Origin: Thermoanaerobaculia bacterium
GTDB taxonomy: Bacteria > Acidobacteriota > Thermoanaerobaculia > Gp7-AA8
Assembly: GCA_041671505.1 (NCBI GenBank)
Contig: JBAZBK010000009.1
Location: forward strand, 1 to 64,000
Length of the DNA: 64,000 nucleotides
Direction: 5' to 3'
Position 1 is the first letter of the stretch, and each line of letters opens with the position of its first letter. This document shows, one piece after another, positions 26,563 through 33,803 of the stretch. The translations under genes were made by a program, and so were the position numbers. A model generated the notes under the pieces. It did no database searches. It saw only the letters and a list, made by a program, of their open reading frames with translations, and was not told the DNA's origin.

Positions 26563-28863
26563 TCAGCGGCGGACGGGCCTGCGGCGTGCGGGAGGAAAGC
26601 CAGGGCGGAACGTGTCGATGAGCTGCGCCTGGATGCCCGTTGCTCCGAAGTAGGGCGAGACGTCGATGTTTCGCGCGGCTACCGCGAGCAGTACTCCCGA
26701 GGCACTGACCGCGGATGGAAGGGCGATGCCGTCCATCGTCTGAATCGCACGCTGGCCTCCGTCGGGCGCGAACCGTTGCAGCTCGAGGATGCTGCCGTCG
26801 CCATGGTCCGAAGCGACGAGGTACTCGCCCGATGCTGCCAGGGCCTTCGAAGGCACGCCGGGTTCCGACGCGATCGCGAGCGTCCGGAGCACGTTTGCGG
26901 ACGACTCCTCGATGATGGCCGCGCGGCCTGACGGAAAGGCGGCGAGGTACGTGCCTCCCGCCGCGGCGGCCGACGTCGCGGGAAGTTCGTCGAACGCACG
27001 CATCGGCCCGCGCGCGGCTCCGTTCCGGGTGAGGAGCTGCCCGCGCGCCGCCTCGCTCGAATCGCAGGGCGGGAATCCGCAGTGCGTTAGGCGACTCTCC
27101 GTGAACGCGACGAGGAAGCCGTCGCTCCCGGCGGCGACGACCGGGCTCCAGAACGAGATGGAGTCCTGCCCTTCCTCGCGAGGAGGAGGTGAAACGGGGA
27201 ACGAACTGGTCGTCGTGCCGTCCGCGTTGAGCAGCGTCGCGTGAACGGCGCCCGAAGACCACGCCACGAGCGTCACGCCGTCGCGGCCCGCCAGTGTCGG
27301 CGTGATTCCCTGCGCGAACGTGTCGGTCGCCACCGCCAGGGGTGTGACGTCGACGATCGTCCCGTCGCGCCGCACGCGCCTCGCCACGATCGAGGAGCCC
27401 GCGCCCCAGGCGACGACGTAGTCGATGCCGTTGAACGCGACGGCCGGCCGGCCCAGGTATCGAAAGGCGGAGGTCAGCGTGACCGCGGGTGTGGCGGGTG
27501 TTCCGTCCGCCGCGAGCGTCAAGCAGCGGATCTCCTCTCGGTCGGCGGTCTGCTCGTGCCAGGCGACGAGCCAGCCGTTGCCGTCGCTCGCGGCCACTGG
27601 CCAGGCCTGGTTTGCGGCGGAGATGGAGATCCGGAGGTCGATCGCCGCGAGGTCAGGCCGCGACAGCGACCCGGTCGTCGGCAGCACGACGCCGAGGAGC
27701 TCGTTCATGCCGTAGTCGCCCTGCTGAAAGAACAGGAGATGCCGGTGGCCGGAGCTGCGCAGGGCGAGCGGAATCTCCAGGCCCGGCCGCACGACGACCG
27801 GGACGAATCCGTCGATCGTCGTCGCGCCCGTCGCCGTGAAGCGCGCCGCGTAGACGTCGAGATCGTCCGTGTTGCTGCCCTGCCACTGTCCCGCGGACAT
27901 CACCGCGCTGTACTCGCCGTCCGCCCACTGCGCGTCGATCGAGACGATCGATTTCCATCCATGCGAATCGTGCTGCTGCCACGGCGAGAGGGAGTTGTCG
28001 CGCCCGATGACGACGCTCTTCAATTCCGGCAGCTGACCATAAGCGGACCCTTCCCAGACGATGAGAACGCTGCTGCCGTCCGTGGCTGCAGCCGCGTGTG
28101 TTGGCCTGTAGTCGCCCGCGGTCGTGCCTCGGCTCGCCTCGATCACGACCGGCCCGCCCGAGGCGTCGCCCGAGGGCGAGAATCGACTCAAGGACATGCC
28201 GCTCCACCCGAGAGTGACGACGGCGAAGCTCCCGTCCGCGAGGGTCACGGCGCGGAGGCCAAAGGCGTCGCCTGGGGGGCTCAGGGGCGTCGATCGAACG
28301 ACTCCGCCGGAACGATCGATGACGTGGAGTGCCTCGGCGCCGACCACGTTCCCCAGGGCGAGGGTGACGATGCCGTTCGTCGCGATCGGCGTCGCGTTGA
28401 CGGCCAGAGTCTTCAAGCCGATCGCAATTCCGTTCGCGTCGATCCGGGCAGTGCGCGCGAGCGATGGATAGCCGTTGAGCCACCAGACCTCGAACGACCC
28501 GTCCACGAACTGAACCGTGGGAGCAATCGTTCCTAGCGCATCGCGAAGCACCAGTCGCGCGGGGCCGGTGGGCTGGCCGTCGCGATCGAGCGCGACTCCG
28601 AAGATCGCGTCGAAGCCGACCCTCCACGCGGCGAATCCCCCATCGGGCCCGAACGCGACGGACATCAGCGACGAGATCCCCGCCATCGGCCCCGACGCCG
28701 GCGGCGCGACAGGGCGAACCTCTCCCGCAGAAGCCGGAAACGCGCAGGCGAGCAGCAGAACGACGACGGCTCCGACAGCTCTTTGGAGCCTCGATGCGTT
28801 GCGGAGATGCGCGGGGAAGGGCTGGCGGCTCACGGTCGCACTATAGGGCGAATGCCTGCGCAT
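26563..28863 (-). CDS. Secreted hypothetical protein with repeated D-G-x-x-x-V-A-W-type segments, a possible beta-propeller.
   Basis: ATG 28863 (MRRHSPYSATVSRQPFPAHLRNASRLQRAVGAVVVLLLACAFPASAGE) gives an Arg-rich n-region followed by a signal peptide. GC3 is high throughout. Recurring motifs include ASDGNGWLVAW, ATDGSSVLIVW and VTLVAWSSG. No catalytic motif was recognised. The exact start is uncertain. Confidence 0.55.
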   Translation of the reverse strand: MRRHSPYSATVSRQPFPAHLRNASRLQRAVGAVVVLLLACAFPASAGEVRPVAPPASGPMAGISSLMSVAFGPDGGFAAWRVGFDAIFGVALDRDGQPTGPARLVLRDALGTIAPTVQFVDGSFEVWWLNGYPSLARTARIDANGIAIGLKTLAVNATPIATNGIVTLALGNVVGAEALHVIDRSGGVVRSTPLSPPGDAFGLRAVTLADGSFAVVTLGWSGMSLSRFSPSGDASGGPVVIEASRGTTAGDYRPTHAAAATDGSSVLIVWEGSAYGQLPELKSVVIGRDNSLSPWQQHDSHGWKSIVSIDAQWADGEYSAVMSAGQWQGSNTDDLDVYAARFTATGATTIDGFVPVVVRPGLEIPLALRSSGHRHLLFFQQGDYGMNELLGVVLPTTGSLSRPDLAAIDLRISISAANQAWPVAASDGNGWLVAWHEQTADREEIRCLTLAADGTPATPAVTLTSAFRYLGRPAVAFNGIDYVVAWGAGSSIVARRVRRDGTIVDVTPLAVATDTFAQGITPTLAGRDGVTLVAWSSGAVHATLLNADGTTTSSFPVSPPPREEGQDSISFWSPVVAAGSDGFLVAFTESRLTHCGFPPCDSSEAARGQLLTRNGAARGPMRAFDELPATSAAAAGGTYLAAFPSGRAAIIEESSANVLRTLAIASEPGVPSKALAASGEYLVASDHGDGSILELQRFAPDGGQRAIQTMDGIALPSAVSASGVLLAVAARNIDVSPYFGATGIQAQLIDTFRPGFPPARRRPVRR

Positions 28864-29005
28864 GGGAAACGCGCGAACTCGAATCGGTGTCCGTGAAGAG
28901 ACTCGTGAACTGGCGTGTTGAGAGGCGTGCGTTCCGCGGTTCGCGCCAGGGCGCGACGCAGCTCCCGCGGTGCTAAAATCGCGACCTCGCAACAAGGAGG
29001 TCACC

Positions 29006-30643
29006 ATGAAGCTGGCGAAGCTTTCGTCGGTTCTCTGTCTGTCCATTTCGCTCACGTGCGTTCCAGCTCTCGCGCAGCATGACCACGCCGAAGGTGGAAA
29101 GCCGCCCGAGCGACTCGGCAGCGTGCATTTCGCTACGTCGTGCAGCCCGGCCGTCGAGAAAGATTTCGACCGGTCGGTCGCGCTGCTTCATTCGTTCTGG
29201 TTCTCGGCGGCCGTGAAGTCGTTCGAAGCGGTCGCCGCAAAGGATCCGAAGTGCGCCATGGCGCAGTGGGGAATCGCGATGTGCTGGTGGGGGAACCCGT
29301 TCGGGGGGTTCCGGCCGCAGAAGAGCATCGACGACGGGATGGCCGCCGTCGATAAGGCGAAAACGTTAGGCGCGAAGACCGACCGCGAGCGGGACTACAT
29401 CGCCGCTGTCGAGCTCCTGTACAAGGATGCTGCAACCGTCGACCAGAGAACGAGAACCCTCGCGTACGAGAAGGCGATGGAGAAGGTCGCGGCCAGTTAC
29501 CCCGACGACTCGGAAGCGAGGATCTTCTACGCGCTCTCGCTCGACCAGACCGCGCCCCCGACCGACAAAACCTACGCGAACCTGCTGAAGGCCGCCGCGA
29601 TCCTGGAGAAGGAGTCGGAGACGCAGCCCGATCACCCCGGAATCGCCCACTACATCATTCACAGCTACGACGTGCCTGCGCTCGCCCCTCGGGCGCTCGA
29701 CGCGGCGCGGCGATACGCGAAGATCGCGCCCGACGCCCCGCACGCGCTCCACATGCCGTCCCACACCTTCACCCGCCTCGGCCTCTGGCAGGAATCGATC
29801 GAGACCAATCTCGCCTCCGCGGCCGCGGCTCGAAAGGATGGCGCGCCTGCCGAGGAACTGCACGCATACGACTATCAGACGTACGCGTACCTGCAGACGG
29901 CGCAGGATCAGGCTGCGAAGAAGGTGGTGGAGACGAGCGCGGCGATCGCTTCCCGGATTCAGCTCAACGCGCCGGGCGCTGCGGCGCCGCCGTCCGCGGG
30001 CTGGTACGCAGCGTCCGCCATTCCCGCGCGTTACGCTCTCGAGCGAAACGCGTGGAGCGAGGCCGCGAAGCTCAGCCTGACGCCGTTGGACAGGAAGTTC
30101 GGTTGGATCGAGGCCGTCACGCTCTTCGCCCGGGCGCTCGGTGCCGCGCGCAGCGGTAATCCTGCGGCTGCGTCCGCCGACGTGGAGAAGCTCAGGTCGA
30201 TCACGGCTTCGCTGAACGAGGCGAAGGACGTTTACTGGGCGAGCCAGGTCGAGATCCAGGTGAGGGGCGCGGAGGCGTGGGTCGCGTTCGCCGAAGGTAA
30301 GAAGGACGACGCGCTCGCGAAGATGCGTGAGGCGGCGGCGATGGAGGACCTGACCGAGAAGAGCGCGATCTCTCCCGGACCGCTCAAGCCGGCGCGCGAG
30401 CTTCTGGGCGAGATGCTGCTGCAGATGGGAAAGCCTGCCGAGGCACTGGTGGAGTTCGAGGCGACGATGAAGAAGGAGCCGAACCGGTTCCGTAGCGTCT
30501 ACGGCGCGGCGGTTGCCGCGGAACGTTCGTCGGACGAGGCAAAGGCGAAGGCCTGTTACGCGCAGCTGCTCAAAATCTGTGAACGGGGAGACGGCAAGGG
30601 AAGGCCCGAGCTCGAGGTGGCGCGCAAGGCCGTCGCCAGATGA
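29006..30643 (+). CDS. Periplasmic TPR-like repeat protein of unknown function.
   Basis: ATG 29006 carries an AAGGAGG Shine-Dalgarno sequence. The signal peptide is MKLAKLSSVLCLSISLTCVPALA. The mature protein is alpha-helical and Ala-rich with TPR-like periodicity. A His-rich segment (HPGIAHYIIHSYD...PHALHMPSHTF) could bind a metal. Confidence 0.6.
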   Translation: MKLAKLSSVLCLSISLTCVPALAQHDHAEGGKPPERLGSVHFATSCSPAVEKDFDRSVALLHSFWFSAAVKSFEAVAAKDPKCAMAQWGIAMCWWGNPFGGFRPQKSIDDGMAAVDKAKTLGAKTDRERDYIAAVELLYKDAATVDQRTRTLAYEKAMEKVAASYPDDSEARIFYALSLDQTAPPTDKTYANLLKAAAILEKESETQPDHPGIAHYIIHSYDVPALAPRALDAARRYAKIAPDAPHALHMPSHTFTRLGLWQESIETNLASAAAARKDGAPAEELHAYDYQTYAYLQTAQDQAAKKVVETSAAIASRIQLNAPGAAAPPSAGWYAASAIPARYALERNAWSEAAKLSLTPLDRKFGWIEAVTLFARALGAARSGNPAAASADVEKLRSITASLNEAKDVYWASQVEIQVRGAEAWVAFAEGKKDDALAKMREAAAMEDLTEKSAISPGPLKPARELLGEMLLQMGKPAEALVEFEATMKKEPNRFRSVYGAAVAAERSSDEAKAKACYAQLLKICERGDGKGRPELEVARKAVAR

Positions 30644-30683
30644 TTTGACGGGAGTTCTTGCTGAAAATCAGACTGTCGCCTAA

Positions 30684-30775
30684 CCCCGCAGCGCATCGGC
30701 CGGCTCCATGCGCGAGGCGACGAGGCCAGGGTAGGGGCCTTCCGTTCGGCCGCTGCCGATCGCGTTGCGCCCTCC
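30684..30775 (-). repeat. Diverged copy (about 75-85% identical) of the 3' end of the FtsX permease gene. It is the oldest of three copies.
   Basis: ccccgcagcgcatcggccggctccatgcgcgaggcgacgaggc... aligns to 35810-35900, the true gene 3' end, and to 33047-33140. Translation preserves ...LVASRMEPADALRG plus a stop, but no upstream ORF continues. Confidence 0.5.
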
Positions 30776-30828
30776 GAGGTGCCTCCCGGCCAAACTCCCT
30801 TCCGGGAACGCAGACCGGCCCCTGCACG

Positions 30829-32925
30829 CTACTGCAGGAGATACGGCGCCCCGATCCCGATGTCCCGGTAGATGTTGAACGTCGCCAGGATGAGGTTTGC
30901 AGCCACGCCGAGGAGAGCGAACGACGTGACGAGTCGCGGCGACCGCTCGACGAGCCGCTCCATGCCGGGAGTCGCGGCGAGCAGGAGTCCCGGAAGGGCG
31001 TGCAGGAAGTGCCTGTTCCAGAACGTCGCGGTCGCGATCACGAAGAGCAGGCTCGCCGCCGCCCAGAACGATCCGAGCAGCGGCTCCGTCCGCTCCGACA
31101 TCCGCCTGACACCCGCGACGAGCGGAACGAGAAGCAATTGCAGCAGCACGGCCAGACAGATGATCAACCGTTCGACGGTGCGGCCATCTGCGAAGAAGGT
31201 CATCTTTTCCCGGGCGAGCTCGAACGTCTGCCAGAGACCCGAAGCCCACACCCCTCCGAAGAAGACGAGGAGTGGCAGCGCTCCGAGCGCGACCGCGAGC
31301 GTGGTCGTGCGTCGTGACAGCGTGCCGTCGCGCCACGCGCCTACGATCAATCCGAGCGCGAGCGCGCCGGAGAGCGGGACGACTGTCGGTCTCGAGAAGA
31401 GTCCCACGACGAGAACTCCGCACACGGCGAGCCAGTCGGCGAAAGCCCAGCGCGTCGATCGGCCGAGCCTGCAGCCAAGCCAGAGCCCGAGCACGACGAA
31501 GCAGTATCCGAACACATCGGTGCTGGTTCGGGCCAGGACCTTCACGAAGAGAAAGTGGGTCGTACCCAGCGACCAGAGAAGCCATGCGCCTCGGGATGAC
31601 AGCCAGGGAATCTCCTCGAGAAGCCGGAGCAGCCCTAACGCCGCCACGAGTCCGGCAAGGTAGGCGAGCACGACGTACGCATTGACCGTCGGCACTACGT
31701 GGGACCCGAGTGCCACGAGGAAAGGGACGAGCGGGCTGTGGCTGTGGGCATAGGAACGCATGTCGACGACGAGACCGGATGCCGCGCCGGGCACGCCATC
31801 GAGCACCATCCGAATGCGCTCCGAAAAGATGCCGTAGCCATCCGGCATCCAGTGCGAGGAACCCATGAACGTGTAGTCTCGCTGCCAGTAGGCGGCGGAG
31901 ACGATTGCCAGGAGAGCGACGATGGACGCTGCCAGCAGGTCGCGCCTGCGGCCGCTCGAAGCGGTACCTGCCAGCACCGCGAGCCACGCCACGATCGCCG
32001 ACACGTACGCGGCTTTCCGCCAGGCCGATTCGTAGCGCGAGACGAAGAGGAGTCGGGCGCGGGTGGGATTCCCGTCGACCAGGAGCGATCCGTCACCTTC
32101 GTTATCCGTCGCCGAAGCGAGAATCCGGGATCCGCCTTCGGCCGGCTGCTCGTAGGTCAGCACAACTTCGTGGTCGAGAGCGGGTGACGGTGGAGTGCGG
32201 AAGTGGACGATTTCACCGACGCGGGGGAGGTCACGCGCTGGCCCGCGGAACTCGTACAACGTCTTGCGGGTCGTCCTGTCGCTCAGCGACAGGCTGACGA
32301 TCGCTTTCGAATCCGGCTCGTGAGTAAGGTGAACCGCGAAGCCGTTCAGCACTTCGCCGCTTCCACGGAACGTCTGTTGCACGCGCAGCGGCACGCCCCG
32401 AGCCGCGATGCCGCTGATCCACGCTCCCCCGGACGCGTCAGGGACGAGGATCTTGCGGGCATCGAGCGAGAGGTTTGCGCCCTCGCCTTCGAGCCTGATC
32501 GGACTGTCATCGCGCGACCGCAGTTCCAGAAAGTCGATGCCGAGCGGAGCAACGCTCTCGCGGAGCCTGACGAGATAGGACCGGTTCGCCTCGAGCCTGA
32601 AAGGCGGGCCTGTGGCGACGATCGCGAACCGTTCTCCGACGGCGCGGACCTCGCCTCGAGAGACCACGCGCCCTTCGCTGTCCGTGACGTCGACGACGCC
32701 CGTGGCCTTCGTCCACGCCGTGGAGCGCGCTCGGGCGACCAGTGTGAACTCGCCGGAGCGCGGGAGCGTGCGACTCCAGGTGGCCTCGTAGCCGCTCGAG
32801 GCGAGCTCACTTCCGTCCGAGCTCAAGCCGGGCTCTTGCGGGACAGGGGAGAATGGAATCGTGAGCAGCGGGACCGAGCCAATGATCGCGGCCGCGATCC
32901 AGGGCCACTGCCGCCGGAAGTCCAT
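30829..32925 (-). CDS. Polytopic membrane protein with a roughly 300-aa extracytoplasmic N-terminal domain, possibly a GT-C/ArnT-like or DUF-type transporter.
   Basis: ATG 32925 (MDFRRQWPWIAAAIIGSVPLLTI), or an alternative GTG at 32943. There is one N-terminal transmembrane/signal segment, then a soluble domain, then 10 or more hydrophobic helices (for example LLAASIVALLAIVSAAYW, VVLAYLAGLVAALGLLRLL, WLAVCGVLVVGLFS). Confidence 0.6.
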   Translation of the reverse strand: MDFRRQWPWIAAAIIGSVPLLTIPFSPVPQEPGLSSDGSELASSGYEATWSRTLPRSGEFTLVARARSTAWTKATGVVDVTDSEGRVVSRGEVRAVGERFAIVATGPPFRLEANRSYLVRLRESVAPLGIDFLELRSRDDSPIRLEGEGANLSLDARKILVPDASGGAWISGIAARGVPLRVQQTFRGSGEVLNGFAVHLTHEPDSKAIVSLSLSDRTTRKTLYEFRGPARDLPRVGEIVHFRTPPSPALDHEVVLTYEQPAEGGSRILASATDNEGDGSLLVDGNPTRARLLFVSRYESAWRKAAYVSAIVAWLAVLAGTASSGRRRDLLAASIVALLAIVSAAYWQRDYTFMGSSHWMPDGYGIFSERIRMVLDGVPGAASGLVVDMRSYAHSHSPLVPFLVALGSHVVPTVNAYVVLAYLAGLVAALGLLRLLEEIPWLSSRGAWLLWSLGTTHFLFVKVLARTSTDVFGYCFVVLGLWLGCRLGRSTRWAFADWLAVCGVLVVGLFSRPTVVPLSGALALGLIVGAWRDGTLSRRTTTLAVALGALPLLVFFGGVWASGLWQTFELAREKMTFFADGRTVERLIICLAVLLQLLLVPLVAGVRRMSERTEPLLGSFWAAASLLFVIATATFWNRHFLHALPGLLLAATPGMERLVERSPRLVTSFALLGVAANLILATFNIYRDIGIGAPYLLQ

Positions 32926-33046
32926 ACGCAGCGATGCTACCACGAGGGAAACGCGCCGCAGGGAGGCGGTTCCCTAACAACGCGCTTCCGGGGCCGTGGC
33001 CACAAAGGCGGAGGATGGCCGGTAACGACCCCGGCGTTTCGCCGCA

Positions 33047-33303
33047 CTACCCCCGCAGCGCTTCGACCGGCTCCATGCGCGAGGCGACGAGGCTCGGGTA
33101 GAGTCCCGCCGTCAGGCCGATGGAGATCGCGAAGCTGCCGGCCATGATGATGCCGGGCATCGAGATCGGCAGGCCGCCAGGGAAATTGCTGCCGATCGCG
33201 AGGACCAGGCCGACACCGAGGCCTGCGCCGATGGCGGCGCCGATCGTCGATAGCGTCATCGACTCGATGAGGAACTGGAAGAAGACTTCGCCGTCGCTCG
33301 CGC
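33047..33303 (-). pseudogene. Detached duplicate of the 3' 257 nt of the FtsX permease gene, about 97% identical to 35810..36066.
   Basis: Near-identical nucleotide alignment with the true gene. It encodes MGASDGEVFFQFLIESMTLSTIGAAIGAGLGVGLVLAIGSNFPGGLPISMPGIIMAGSFAISIGLTAGLYPSLVASRMEPVEALRG, the same as the C-terminus of the 35803..37026 product. Homology stops abruptly at gcgcccat (33303). Confidence 0.8.
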
Positions 33304-33306
33304 CCA

Positions 33307-33346
33307 TGGTCACCGGTGGGGTCACGAATGGTCACCGGTGGGGTCA
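33307..33346. repeat. Direct 18-bp repeat tggtcaccggtggggtca, two copies separated by 4 bp, at the truncation point of the ftsX fragment.
   Basis: The two copies lie at 33307-33324 and 33329-33346. They sit immediately between the ftsX-fragment breakpoint and hairpin H1. Confidence 0.7.
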
Positions 33347-33401
33347 GGCCTCGAATTTGTACTTTAGGCAGAGCTAGAGTACAGATTCGAGGCCTGACCC
33401 C
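33340..33401. repeat. AT-rich inverted repeat (hairpin H1) flanked by GGGGTCAGG / CCTGACCCC.
   Basis: The left arm is ggggtcaggcctcgaatttgtactttagg and the right arm is tagagtacagattcgaggcctgacccc. Arms of about 28 bp carry 2 mismatches around a 6-nt loop. The AT-rich core contrasts with the 68% GC background. Confidence 0.7.
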
Positions 33402-33410
33402 GCCCTCCAC

Positions 33411-33480
33411 CGCGATCCAGGCGCAGCAGGTTGCGAGGCTGAAGGCGAATGCGCTGGTCATGGCCTGACCGAGGAGTGAG
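33411..33480 (+). pseudogene. Detached duplicate (about 90% identical) of the last roughly 60 nt of pta, including the stop codon and about 12 nt downstream.
   Basis: gcgatccaggcgcagcaggttgcgaggctgaaggcgaatgcgctggtcatggcctga aligns to 25154-25213. It translates as IQAQQVARLKANALVMA plus a stop, versus pta IQAQQVARLKANAMVMV plus a stop. The downstream ccgaggagtgag matches ccggggagtgag after pta. Confidence 0.7.
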
Positions 33481-33550
33481 TTCTCAGGAGGCAGCGAAGA
33501 GTCGGACAGGCCTACGTTTCGGAGTTTGGGTCACAGTTTCAGTTTTGTTT

Positions 33551-33615
33551 GGGGGTCACAGCTAAAATATAAACTTTAGGCCACGGCCTAAAGTTTATAT
33601 TTTAGCTGTGACCCC
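33551..33615. repeat. Perfect 31-32-bp AT-rich inverted repeat (hairpin H2) with GGGGGTCACAGC / GCTGTGACCCCC ends.
   Basis: The left arm gggggtcacagctaaaatataaactttaggcc and the right arm ggcctaaagtttatattttagctgtgaccccc flank a 2-nt centre. An outer imperfect extension cggagtttgggtcacag ... ctgtgacccccaaactccg spans 33513-33623. Confidence 0.8.
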
Positions 33616-33803
33616 CAAACTCCGCTCGACGCGCAGGAACGACTGCAGTCGCTCCTCACGACACCTGGGGGCAGGGGCGCGCCGCCGTATGCGGCCCGGT
33701 TCGTCAGACTCCCAATCGAGCGGGTGTCTCCCACGCATACGGGAAACCTGTCGCATACATCACACCGGGGCCTGATGAATGACCCCAATCCACTGATCCG
33801 GAC

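Noticed and set aside
30680-31987. ORF 30680..31987 (-) ending ...LVASRMEPADALRG.
   Set aside because: Most of it is an alternate frame through the membrane-protein gene. Only its last roughly 30 codons are meaningful, as the diverged FtsX 3'-end copy, which I report as a repeat instead.
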